A stretch of 64,000 bases of DNA from Clostridia bacterium (lineage in GTDB: Bacteria > Bacillota > Clostridia > TANB77 > CAG-508). The DNA lies in the NCBI GenBank assembly GCA_047017005.1, contig JBKXSZ010000005.1, positions 6,934 through 70,933 on the forward strand, given 5' to 3'. Positions within the stretch are counted from its first letter, which is position 1; every line of letters starts with the position of its first letter. A model generated the notes under the pieces. It searched no databases and was not told where the DNA came from. It worked only from the letters and a program-made list of their open reading frames with translations. Position numbers and translations under genes: made by a program. Below, piece by piece: positions 1 to 8,889 of the stretch.

Positions 1-25
1 TATCTCCTTTTTTAAACTTATTCAT
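1..25 (-). CDS. 5' end of an unidentified CDS running off the left edge
   Basis: Reverse complement reads GAGGTGA, 6 nt, ATG AAT AAG TTT AAA AAA GGA GAT (MNKFKKGD...). Only 8 codons are visible, so no product call. Confidence 0.3.
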
Positions 26-273
26 ATTAATCACCTCAAAACTAAATTCGGCTATTATATCTTATGTCGATTTTTGTAAAATGGTGCTGTTAGAAAATGG
101 AAATATTTTTCTCTTTTACTTGTAAGTTGAATTTAAATATGTTATATTAATGAAGGATTAAAAAAGTCCCCAAAAAAGAATTTAAATATTTTAGACTATT
201 TCCTTCTCTTTTTTAGAATAGGTCAATGTGTCAAAAAAATGAATTCTAGATTGAAGAAGGAGGTAACCTAATC

Positions 274-444
274 ATGGCAGATAAAACATTAACATGTAAA
301 GATTGTGGTAATGAGTTTATATTCACTGAAGGTGAACAAGAATTCTATGCTAAAAAAGGATTTACAAACGATCCTGTAAGATGCCCAGAGTGCAGAAAAG
401 CAAGAAAAGCTCAAAGAAGAAATAATAATTATAACAATTATTAA
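274..444 (+). CDS. small zinc-ribbon protein (two CxxC pairs, zf-trcl-like)
   Basis: 56-aa ORF below the ORF-track cutoff. AAGGAGG at 257-263, ATG at 274. Translation MADKTLTCKDCGNEFIFTEGEQEFYAKKGFTNDPVRCPECRKARKAQRRNNNYNNY. A terminator hairpin follows. Confidence 0.75.
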   Translation: MADKTLTCKDCGNEFIFTEGEQEFYAKKGFTNDPVRCPECRKARKAQRRNNNYNNY

Positions 445-458
445 TACGAAGAAAAAAG

Positions 459-488
459 AAATTCCTAGTAAAATAGGAATTTTTTTTA
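459..488 (+). terminator. intrinsic terminator of the zinc-ribbon gene
   Basis: Stem aaattcct / aggaattt with an 8-nt loop, followed by a T-run. Confidence 0.7.
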
Positions 489-540
489 CTTTTTTACATA
501 TACATGAGATAGAAAGCAAGTAAGAAGGAGGGATTTTTGT

Positions 541-2095
541 ATGGTAGTCAATACAACAAAAGATGGACTTGGAATCTGCAGATTAGTAGGACAAAAGGCG
601 GATTCTGCTACAGTGGAGGGAGATATTATTGTTCCAGATATTAAACCAGACATTCTAAATGCCATTCATACAAGTGGAAATGTTTGTATATATAAAAAAG
701 AAGTACTTGATGGAAAGATTCGTTTAGATGGTGTTGTAAATACTTATGTTATTTATGTAGCAGATACAGAAAATGCAAGTGTAAGGGGGTTAAATAGTTC
801 TTTAGATTTTACAAAAGTAATCGAAGTGGATGAGGCAAGAGCAGGAATGGACTTAGACGAAATGATAGAAGTAAAAAGAATGGATTGCCAAGTATTAAAT
901 GGGAGAAAGGTGAACTTAAAAGTCGATTTAGAAGTGAAAGTGAAAGTATACACAGAAGAAAAGATTGAAATTGTAAGAAGTGTAGAGGAAATAGAAGATA
1001 TTCAAACGTTAAGTGATAATCTTACAATTAATTCACTAGTAGGAAAGGGAACAACAAAGGTATATGCAAAAGATACGTTAGCAATTGATGCAATAGATAA
1101 TTTAGTAGAGGTTCTAAAGGTAGATTTTCGACTAGTAGATAAAGATACAAAAATTAGCTATAACAAAGTTTTAGGAAAAGCAGAAGCAGAAATAAAAGTA
1201 ATGTATTTGACAGAAGATGATAGAATTGGTGAAGTAACAGGAAAGATTCCGGTTATGGGATTTATCGATGTGAATGGAGTAAAGGAAGAGCATATATGTG
1301 ATATGCAGTATAAGTGTAAAAACTTAATTGTAAAACCAAATCAAGTGGAGGAACATTCTATTTATGTAGAAGCTGAGATGGAGTTAAATTGTTTTATCTA
1401 TGAAAACAAAGATATTAACGTAATTCAAGATTTATATAGCCCATGTGAACAGTTAACTTTTAAGAAAAAAGAAGTAAAAACAATGACAGGAAAAAAGAAC
1501 TTTAGAAGTACTTGTAATATGAGAGAAAAACTGCCAATGCCAGAAGTCGGAAATGCTAGAATTTGTGATGTATCGGTAGTACCTATCATGCAAAACCAAA
1601 CAGTTTTAACAGATAGAGTGACCTATGAAGGTGAAGTGAGATTAGCTTTCCTATTATTAGAAAATGGAAGCATGCAAATGCAACAAAAAGAAGTTACATT
1701 ACCTTTTGAATTTGTAGTAGAAGAGAAGCGGAATTGATGCAAGCTGTAATCTAGATACAAATATGGAAATTGGAATGCAGGATTTTATTATTATGCCAGA
1801 TGGTTATGTGGATGTTAAAATTGATTTGAATTTTGTAGTTAATAGTTCTCGAGTAGTAGGAATTAATGTGATTGATGAGCTTTCTTTAGAAGAATCTAGA
1901 GCATTAAATACTTATAGTATTATTATCTATTTTGTAAAACCAGGAGATACCTTATGGAGTATCGCCAAGAGATTTAGAAGCACCGTAGATAGTATTGCAA
2001 AAGTAAATGACATAGAAGACCCTAATGTGATTTATGCGGGACAACAATTATTTATTCCAAGATATCATGTAAGGAGTAAAATAGCTACTGCATAA
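541..2095 (+). pseudogene. sipL: SipL/SpoVID-like spore-coat morphogenetic protein (DUF3794/SPOCS region plus C-terminal LysM), interrupted by a +1 frameshift at CGG 1729-1731
   Basis: ORFs 541..1737 and 1763..2095 lie in adjacent frames. The second frame is open from 1721. Skipping C1729 joins ...VVEEK-G-IDASCNLDTNMEIGMQ..., giving about 516 aa. The C-terminus carries a LysM motif (YFVKPGDTLWSIAKRF...GQQLFIP). Confidence 0.7.
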
Positions 2096-2199
2096 AGAAA
2101 AGTAAAAAAGAAAAACAAGATAATAAGAAAATAAAGGAATACAAAAAGAGTAGAAAAAGTAAAAATTCTACTCTTTTTTGTAAAAAGGGGAGTAGAAAA

Positions 2200-2925
2200 A
2201 TGGATAAGATTTATTCAAGGCCAAGAATAAAACTTCCTATAATAAGAAAAGGAAACACGGGATTACCAAACCCTGTTCAACAAAAGAAAAGAAGAAAGAA
2301 AATAAAGATTTTGATTATTTTAGGAATTGCGATTGTAACAGTTAGTGTTGTTATTAGGTCTTTTTATCCTGTTTTTGAAAACATATGTGTAAATAAAGCA
2401 ATGGAAATTGCAACAATTATTTCAAATGAAGAAGCAACAAATGTAATGATTAATTATCGATATGAAGATTTAGTAACAATTTATCGTGACAAAGATAATA
2501 ATATTAATATGGTAAAAGCGAATATTATTCCGATAAATGAAATTGCATCCGACGTAGCAGGGAGGATACAAAAAAGGTTAGATAGTGAAGAAACGGGTAA
2601 TATCTCTATTCGATTGGGAACTTTTACAGGAAGTAAGTTGCTTTCTGGAAGAGGTCCCAAGGTTCCAATTCGTATTTCCAATGTGGGGAATGTAGAAACT
2701 GATTTAAGGAGTGAATTCTCTCAAGCGGGTATTAATCAAACTCTTCATCGAATTTACTTACAAGTAAAGTGCAAGGTATCAATTTTAACACCATTTGAAA
2801 ATATAGAAAGAGAAATTACTAATCAAGTACTACTTGCTGAAAATTTAATTGTAGGAACAGTACCAAGCAGTTACTATAACTTAGAAGGTATGAATAAGGA
2901 TAATGCTGTTGATATTATTCAATAA
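2200..2925 (+). CDS. yunB: sporulation protein YunB
   Basis: 241 aa with an N-terminal TM segment. Has a YunB-like core (RLGTFTGSKLLSGRGPKVPIRISNVGNVETDLRSEF...INQTLHRIYL). Confidence 0.8.
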   Translation: MDKIYSRPRIKLPIIRKGNTGLPNPVQQKKRRKKIKILIILGIAIVTVSVVIRSFYPVFENICVNKAMEIATIISNEEATNVMINYRYEDLVTIYRDKDNNINMVKANIIPINEIASDVAGRIQKRLDSEETGNISIRLGTFTGSKLLSGRGPKVPIRISNVGNVETDLRSEFSQAGINQTLHRIYLQVKCKVSILTPFENIEREITNQVLLAENLIVGTVPSSYYNLEGMNKDNAVDIIQ

Positions 2926-3007
2926 CGGAGGAAAAAGATGAAAAGATATGCTCTTAGAAGAAATAGAAAGGTATTTGCTAGAGTATATTGTAAAATTAAA
3001 AATCATA

Positions 3008-3080
3008 TAAAAAACTTAGAAGTATTATTATATCTAAGTTTTTTATGTTTTTTATATATTCCGATAAATTGAATTCTATC
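3008..3080. repeat. direct repeat copy 1 (terminator hairpin plus tatattccgataaa..aattctatc)
   Basis: Aligns with 3973..4036. Identical blocks are taaaaaacttaga, tatattccgataaa and aattctatc. Copy 1 has a short internal insertion. Confidence 0.75.
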
Positions 3081-3337
3081 CCTTACAAAATTACAAAAGG
3101 AAACTTGAATTGATATGCAAGTGTATTTTAATGAAAGTGGAATTTAATATACGAGCTTTGTTAAAATAGATTTATTAACAGAGATTCACTTTGAAAAATA
3201 TGATAAGGAAAGTATTAAATGAAAAGGTAAATGCAATTTTAAAGTGCAATATAAAAGCAACATTTTAGCATTAAAATGTTGCTTTTATTATGTTGCTTAT
3301 TTTTCAAATTTTATAGCAACTATAAATGGTATTTTTA

Positions 3338-3808
3338 TCATTTGTTTAAAGTATATGTTGCGAAATTTAATACTGCTGCAAAAACTAACCAAATTAAATA
3401 CGGGATTTGTAAGTAGGCAGAGAGCTTATTGACTTTGAAAAATTTATAAATCATAATGCAAACCAATATAATTAAAATCAATAACCATATAAAAGCAAAT
3501 AGTCTTGCTTGCAGGTTAAAGAAAATAAAAGTCCATAAGGAATTTATTATAAGTTGTGTTCCATATACTATTAAGGCACTTTCCTTTTCTTTATTATCAG
3601 AGATATAAACTATATAAGATGAGATTCCCATTAAAATATATAAAATACTCCATACAATAGGGAATAGAATAGCTGGTGGTGCAAAAGAAGGTTTATTTAG
3701 CTCTTGATATCCACTCATCGAATTAGCAAGTAATGCTCCGAGTCCTCCAAAAAGTAATGCAATAATAATACTAATTAATAGTCCTTTCCAATGCTTTTTT
3801 ATCATCAT
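3338..3808 (-). CDS. tspO: TspO/MBR family tryptophan-rich sensory protein
   Basis: 156 aa with five hydrophobic segments. Has TspO-like motifs (NKPSFAPPAILFPIVWSILYILMGISSY, WTFIFF). Confidence 0.85.
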   Translation of the reverse strand: MMIKKHWKGLLISIIIALLFGGLGALLANSMSGYQELNKPSFAPPAILFPIVWSILYILMGISSYIVYISDNKEKESALIVYGTQLIINSLWTFIFFNLQARLFAFIWLLILIILVCIMIYKFFKVNKLSAYLQIPYLIWLVFAAVLNFATYTLNK

Positions 3809-3972
3809 ATCACCTCTTTAATATTAGTATATGTTTTGCTAAATGTTTTATTCTTATCGATATAATTTGGATAATGATAGATTGATGATAAATAGAGAAA
3901 AAATTTTTAAAAGCCCTGAAATTAGTAATTGAAATTTAAAAGAAGTGAAATTAAGAGTAATGTTTAAAAAAG

Positions 3973-4036
3973 TAAAAAACTTAGAGGTATCATTACTTCT
4001 AAGTTTTTTATATATTCCGATAAAGAAAATTCTATC
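3973..4036. repeat. direct repeat copy 2 (overlaps the rpsI stop codon and its terminator)
   Basis: See copy 1 at 3008..3080. Contains the hairpin aaaaaacttagaggtatcattacttctaagtttttt. Confidence 0.75.
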
Positions 4037-4448
4037 TTTTTGAGAATTGTGGAGCTTTTCTAGCTTTCTTAAGACCGTATTTTTTTCTTTCTTTCATTCT
4101 TGGGTCTCTTGTTAAGAATCCGTTTACTTTTAAAGTTGGTCTGAATTCACTATTTGCTTCTACTAAAGCTCTTGCAATACCATGGCGGATAGCTCCGGCT
4201 TGACCTGTAAATCCTCCACCTTTTACAGTACAAATAACATCATATTTGTCTGTTGTGTTTGTAACAGTTAATGGTTGTCTTACAATTACTTTTAAAGTTT
4301 CTACTCCAAAGTATTCATCAATTGATTTTCCATTAATAGTGATATTTCCTTTTCCATCTACTAATCTTACTCTAGCAACAGAACTTTTTCTTCTTCCTGT
4401 ACCATAGAACATTATTTTTTCAGTTTTTGATTTTGCTACTCTAGGCAT
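4032..4448 (-). CDS. rpsI: 30S ribosomal protein S9
   Basis: Translation has [15 protein letters not shown]...[19 protein letters not shown]...[12 protein letters not shown]. Confidence 0.95.
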   Translation of the reverse strand: MPRVAKSKTEKIMFYGTGRRKSSVARVRLVDGKGNITINGKSIDEYFGVETLKVIVRQPLTVTNTTDKYDVICTVKGGGFTGQAGAIRHGIARALVEANSEFRPTLKVNGFLTRDPRMKERKKYGLKKARKAPQFSKR

Positions 4449-4466
4449 TTGATTATTTCCTCCTTA

Positions 4467-4901
4467 TTAAAATTCCCATTTTTCTGGTTTTTGAGCTTGG
4501 TTTTCGTGTTCTGAACCAGCATATACTCTTAAGTTTTTAAGTTGTTTTCTTCCTAAGCTATTGTGTGGAAGCATTCCTTTTACAGCTAACATCATTGCTT
4601 TTGTTGGATTTTTATCTAATAATTCTCTTGCTGTCATTTCTTTCATTCCACCAATATATCCAGAATGATGTCTATAAATTTTTTGATCTAATTTTTTTCC
4701 TGTTAACATAACATCTTGGCAGTTAAGGATGATAACATTATCTCCTGCGTCTAAATTTGGTGTAAATGTTGGTTTATGTTTTCCTCTTAATAATTTTGCG
4801 GCTTCTGTTGCAACTCTACCCAATGGCTTGTTTGCAGCATCAAGTATATACCATTTTTTTTCAATTTCATTTCCTTTTACACTATATGTAGTATTATTCA
4901 T
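4467..4901 (-). CDS. rplM: 50S ribosomal protein L13
   Basis: 144 aa, KKWYILDAANKPLGRVATEAAKLLRGKHKPTFTP. Lies immediately upstream of rpsI. Confidence 0.95.
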   Translation of the reverse strand: MNNTTYSVKGNEIEKKWYILDAANKPLGRVATEAAKLLRGKHKPTFTPNLDAGDNVIILNCQDVMLTGKKLDQKIYRHHSGYIGGMKEMTARELLDKNPTKAMMLAVKGMLPHNSLGRKQLKNLRVYAGSEHENQAQKPEKWEF

Positions 4902-5088
4902 GGTAAAAAATACCCTCCATTTCTATTCTTGTTTTATATATATGAAACTTATTTTATCTTAAACCACCGGGGAGAAGTTTGCAGATAGATAAGCCATATT
5001 ACAATATAATTCTTATCAATTTTAATACAAAGTATGGAAAATGTCAATGATAATTATGAAAAAAAGTGGAAAAGGTGGCAGAATTTAC

Positions 5089-5117
5089 TTGACAAAAATA
5101 GAAATATATAGTAAACT
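5089..5117 (+). promoter_or_regulatory. sigma-A type promoter of the infC operon
   Basis: TTGACA (5089-5094), 17-nt spacer, TAAACT (5112-5117). Confidence 0.6.
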
Positions 5118-5123
5118 AATTCA

Positions 5124-5278
5124 TGTTATAAGAAGAAGGAATCCACTTCTCACCCTACCAAAGAAATGGAAAAGGTTAGAAAATTTGAATAAATATGAAT
5201 TATCTACTAGTAACTAGAAGATAATAAGAATTGTTCAAAGTGTGTGGATTGGCTTTTTCTAAAGTCAATCTTTTTTAC
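5124..5278 (+). promoter_or_regulatory. ribosomal protein L20 leader (autoregulatory attenuator of infC-rpmI-rplT)
   Basis: Roughly 155-nt leader between the promoter and infC. It ends in the hairpin gattggc/gtcaatc plus TTTTTT (5247-5276), directly before the infC RBS. Position and architecture match the Firmicute L20 leader. Confidence 0.6.
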
Positions 5279-5292
5279 GGAGGTGTTTAAAA

Positions 5293-5802
5293 ATAAAACA
5301 AGAATTACCGATTAATGGAAACATTAGACAAAGAGAAGTACAAGTAATTGACGAACAAGGTGAAAAGTTAGGTGTAATGGATACGAAAAAAGCATTAGAT
5401 ATTGCAGAAGAAAAAGATTTAGATTTAGTATTAGTAGCACCAAATGGAAAGCCACCAGTTTGTAAAATTATGAATTACGGAAAATACAAATTTGAACAAG
5501 CAAAAAAGGAAAAAGAGTCTAAAAAGAAGCAAAAGATATTTGAATTAAAAGAAATTCGAGTTACTCCTAATATAGAGGAACATGATTTTGGATTTAAATG
5601 TAAAAATGCAAGAAAGTTTCTAGAAGATGGTTGCAAAGTAAAAATAACAGTACGTTTTAGAGGAAGAGAACTAAACAATGTAAAATTAGGAGAAGCCGTA
5701 CTAAATAATTTTATAGATGAATTATCGGATGTAGGTACAGCAGAAAAGAAACCAAAACTAGAAGGTAAGAATATGTTTGTAATTCTAGCTAAAAAAGCTT
5801 AG
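5293..5802 (+). CDS. infC: translation initiation factor IF-3 (non-AUG start)
   Basis: The frame is open upstream of the first ATG (5377) and encodes IKQELPINGNIRQREVQVIDEQGEKLGV, a conserved IF-3 N-terminus. GGAGG at 5279-5283 is followed 9 nt later by ATA at 5293. The exact start codon is inferred. Confidence 0.85.
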   Translation: MKQELPINGNIRQREVQVIDEQGEKLGVMDTKKALDIAEEKDLDLVLVAPNGKPPVCKIMNYGKYKFEQAKKEKESKKKQKIFELKEIRVTPNIEEHDFGFKCKNARKFLEDGCKVKITVRFRGRELNNVKLGEAVLNNFIDELSDVGTAEKKPKLEGKNMFVILAKKA

Positions 5803-5839
5803 AAATATAGATTAATAAAACAAAAAGGAGTTGAAAATT

Positions 5840-6043
5840 ATGCCAAAACTAAAAACAAATAAAGCAGCTAAAAAAAGATATAGCTACACAGCGAAAGGGA
5901 AAGTAAAAAGAACAACAGCAAATGGAAGACACAGATTAGCTACAAAGACAAAGAGACAAAAGAGTGATAGAAAAGCAAATGCTTATGCAGACAAAACAGT
6001 AGAAACTGGAATCAAAAAAATGTTACCATATGGTACAAAATAA
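5840..6043 (+). CDS. rpmI: 50S ribosomal protein L35
   Basis: MPKLKTNKAAKKRY... AAGGAG lies 10 nt upstream of ATG 5840. The ORF-track TTG at 5831 is too close to the RBS. Confidence 0.95.
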   Translation: MPKLKTNKAAKKRYSYTAKGKVKRTTANGRHRLATKTKRQKSDRKANAYADKTVETGIKKMLPYGTK

Positions 6044-6077
6044 GAATAACAGAAAGAATAAGGAAGGTGAATGAAAA

Positions 6078-6434
6078 ATGGCAAGAGTTAAAACAGCAAG
6101 AACTACTCGTGCAAGACATAAAAAAGTATTAAAACAAGCAAAAGGATATTATGGAGCAAAAGGATATCGTTTCAGAATGGCAAACCAAGCTGTTATGAAA
6201 TCTGGAATGTATGCTTATGTTGGAAGAAAAGATAAGAAAAGTGATTTTAGAAAATTATGGATTACAAGAATTAATGCAGCTGCAAGAATGAATGGATTAA
6301 CATACAGCAAAATGATTGCTGGTTTAAAAAAAGCAAATGTAACAATTAATAGAAAAATGCTTGCAGAATTAGCCGTAACAGATCCTAAAGCTTTTACAGA
6401 ATTAGCAGAAGTTGCTAAAAAAGCAGCAAAATAG
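6078..6434 (+). CDS. rplT: 50S ribosomal protein L20
   Basis: [28 protein letters not shown]..., 118 aa. Confidence 0.95.
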   Translation: MARVKTARTTRARHKKVLKQAKGYYGAKGYRFRMANQAVMKSGMYAYVGRKDKKSDFRKLWITRINAAARMNGLTYSKMIAGLKKANVTINRKMLAELAVTDPKAFTELAEVAKKAAK

Positions 6435-6441
6435 ATAGAAG

Positions 6442-6467
6442 ACTACCCCTTGTGAGGTAGTTTTTTA
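6442..6467 (+). terminator. intrinsic terminator after rplT
   Basis: Stem actacc / ggtagt followed by a T-run. Confidence 0.7.
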
Positions 6468-6529
6468 TTTCCTATAGATTTAATTTATTTTAATAAGATA
6501 ATAAAAACAATAACACCAAATAAAAGGTG

Positions 6530-6916
6530 TTATTGTTTTTTCATTTTAGGTTTTGAAATAAGAGATGCTAGATATCCGAAGAAAATAGCAGCAGAGATAC
6601 CACCAGCGGCATTTTTTACACCACCAATAAAGGCACCGACTAATCCATTTTGTTGAACTCCTTCGATAGCTCCTTTGGCAAGATTAGCACCAAAGCCAGT
6701 AAGAGGAACAGTAGCTCCTGCACCTGCATAGTCAATTAAATACTGATAAATTCCAAGGCCACCAAGCAAAGCTCCTGCGGTTACGAAAATAACTAATATT
6801 CTAGCAGGAGTTAATTTTGTTTTATCAATTAAGATTTGTCCGACGATACAAATTAATCCTCCTACAATAAAACAGCGAAGCATTTGCATCCAATCAATAC
6901 TTTGAAAAAAATCCAT
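6530..6916 (-). CDS. spoVAE: stage V sporulation protein AE (SpoVAEB-type)
   Basis: 128-aa membrane protein (GAGATVPLTGFGANLAKGAIEG). Third gene of a spoVAC-AD-AE unit. Confidence 0.85.
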   Translation of the reverse strand: MDFFQSIDWMQMLRCFIVGGLICIVGQILIDKTKLTPARILVIFVTAGALLGGLGIYQYLIDYAGAGATVPLTGFGANLAKGAIEGVQQNGLVGAFIGGVKNAAGGISAAIFFGYLASLISKPKMKKQ

Positions 6917-6928
6917 CTTTTTTCCTCC

Positions 6929-7933
6929 TTATAACTCAATAGAAACGGCATGCGCAATTCCTGGAATTGTTTCGCCTTGTTGTACAGTTGTAGAATTGGT
7001 TAAGGCACCTGTTGCCATGAGTAATATTTTTTTGTATTTCTTTTCTTTTAACATTTTAAATAAATATCCAGAAAAGACAGTTCCCATACAAGCACATCCA
7101 CTACCGCCAGAATGGGTATCTTGTTTTTCTTTGTCAAAGATTAAAACACCGCAATCGTTATAGTTTGCTTTTATGTTATATCCTTTTGTTTGGGCAAGTT
7201 CAATTAGAATTTCTTTACCAACATATCCAAGGTCACCTGTAATAATAGCATCATAATAACTTGGATTACGGCCTGTATCCTGAAAATGTGTCATTAGGGT
7301 GTCTAATGCAGCAGGGGCCATAGCAGCTCCCATGTTATTTGCATCTTTAATTCCCATATCGACCACTTTTCCAGGTGTGAAATGAGTGATATATGGACCC
7401 GTACCGTTAGAAGTAACAATAGCACTAGCAGCCCCGGTTACGGTCCATTGAGAAGACTGAGGTCTTTGATTTCCTAATTCTAGAGGAAAACGAAATTGTT
7501 TTTCAGCACTACAGAAATGACTAGATACTGCACAAATAGCATTTGTAGCAGCTTTAGACTCTACAAAAACACCACATAATCCTAATCCCTCTATAAAAGT
7601 AGAACAAGCACCAAAAATCCCTAAAAAAGGAACTCCTAATTCTCTTAAACCAAAGCAAGAAGAAATACATTGGTTTAATAAATCTCCTGCGAAGCAAACA
7701 TCTAGTTTTTCAGCAGGGATTCCAGATTTCGTAAGAACGGTATTTACGGTTTCTTTAATTAATTTACTTTCTGCTTTCTCCCATGTTTTTTCTCCCCAAA
7801 ATTCATCATCAATACATTGGTCAAAATATTTAGCAAGAGGGCCATCAGCCTCTTTGGGACCAACAATACAAGCGGTATCGATAATGGTTGGTGGAGTATT
7901 AAATTTGATGGTTTGACTTCCTATCTTTTCCAT
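6929..7933 (-). CDS. spoVAD: stage V sporulation protein AD
   Basis: Thiolase-fold-like SpoVAD sequence (GDLLNQCISS...GACSTF...HSGGSGCAC). AAGGAGG lies 5 nt before ATG 7933, so the track start at 7951 is probably too long. Confidence 0.9.
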   Translation of the reverse strand: MEKIGSQTIKFNTPPTIIDTACIVGPKEADGPLAKYFDQCIDDEFWGEKTWEKAESKLIKETVNTVLTKSGIPAEKLDVCFAGDLLNQCISSCFGLRELGVPFLGIFGACSTFIEGLGLCGVFVESKAATNAICAVSSHFCSAEKQFRFPLELGNQRPQSSQWTVTGAASAIVTSNGTGPYITHFTPGKVVDMGIKDANNMGAAMAPAALDTLMTHFQDTGRNPSYYDAIITGDLGYVGKEILIELAQTKGYNIKANYNDCGVLIFDKEKQDTHSGGSGCACMGTVFSGYLFKMLKEKKYKKILLMATGALTNSTTVQQGETIPGIAHAVSIEL

Positions 7934-7943
7934 ATTTTCCTCC

Positions 7944-8414
7944 TTATACAAGTGTAATTGTTTGCGTGTTAAAAATTAAGTAGATAATGCCCACTAAAAT
8001 CGAAGCAGAAATACCAAATACTAAAACAGGTCCTGCTACTGTAAACATTTTTCCTCCTACACCCATAACATATCCTTCTGATTTATATTCCATTGCAGGG
8101 GAAACAATAGAGTTTGCAAATCCTGTGATAGGAACCAAAGAACCTGCTCCTGCAAACTTTCCAATCTTATTAAACACATTAAGACCAGTTAAAAAGGCAC
8201 TAAGTCCAATTAATATAATAGAAACAATGGTACCTGAAATTTGGGTATCAAAACCTCTAAATTTACAATAATCTAATATAATCTGGCCAATGCAGCAAAT
8301 TAATCCACCTACCCAGAATGCGTTAAAGCAATTCTTTACAATGGGGCTATTAGGAGATTTTTGGTCTACATATGCCTGGTAATCTTTTTTCGTATCAATA
8401 GGACTATTACTCAT
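7944..8414 (-). CDS. spoVAC: stage V sporulation protein AC
   Basis: 156-aa membrane protein (FAGAGSLVPITGFANSIVSPAMEYKSEG). Confidence 0.9.
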   Translation of the reverse strand: MSNSPIDTKKDYQAYVDQKSPNSPIVKNCFNAFWVGGLICCIGQIILDYCKFRGFDTQISGTIVSIILIGLSAFLTGLNVFNKIGKFAGAGSLVPITGFANSIVSPAMEYKSEGYVMGVGGKMFTVAGPVLVFGISASILVGIIYLIFNTQTITLV

Positions 8415-8427
8415 ATTTTACCTCCTT

Positions 8428-8640
8428 TTAATCTCTATCATGGTCAATGACGAATGTTAAATCTAAATCTACAAAATATTCTGTTAATTTTTTGCCATTG
8501 ATGTGAGCTCTTTGCTCTAATACTTTTACATTTGTTAAATAATCAATTGTTTTGGATGCTTCTGCTACGGTTTGCACAATTGCGTCTTTCCAAGAAACTG
8601 TAGAAGTTCCTGTTAAAATTAAATGCTTTTCAACAGCCAT
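8428..8640 (-). CDS. dodecin family flavin-binding protein
   Basis: 70 aa, KHLILTGTSTVSWKDAIVQTVAEASKTI...VDLDLTF, which is dodecin-like. First gene of the spoVA unit. Confidence 0.75.
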   Translation of the reverse strand: MAVEKHLILTGTSTVSWKDAIVQTVAEASKTIDYLTNVKVLEQRAHINGKKLTEYFVDLDLTFVIDHDRD

Positions 8641-8889
8641 TTTTTATCAACCTCCGTTTTTTCGATATATAGCTATGATTTCCTAAAATTTTAAAAATAT
8701 ACAAAAAATAGAAAAAGAAGAATAGAAAAGAAAAAGTAGGACTTGACGTAAAGGTTAAAGATAGATAAAATAGGAACGGAAAATGAGACGAATGAAGCAT
8801 AAAGAATATATTGCAATGTATATATTCGATAGCTATTCTAGAAAAAATAGGATATAATAGTTCCAATTGATAGCAAAGGAGAAATTTTT

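Noticed and set aside
289-519. 76-aa minus-strand ORF in the track.
   Set aside because: It is antisense to the well-supported zinc-ribbon gene (274..444) and runs through its terminator. It is a hydrophobic, low-complexity translation typical of antisense frames in AT-rich DNA, and it has no RBS.
2938-3072. 44-aa ORF (MKRYALRRNRKVFARVYCKIKNH...) with a strong GGAGG RBS right after yunB.
   Set aside because: It reads straight through the terminator hairpin and the direct repeat copy, and it has no recognisable features. It is possibly a real micro-ORF, but the sequence alone does not support that.
8641-8705. Possible sigma-G/F-type promoter (GTATA ... CATAGCTA) upstream of the dodecin-spoVA unit.
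   Set aside because: The spacing between the two elements is about 20 nt rather than the 17-18 nt expected, so I do not call it.
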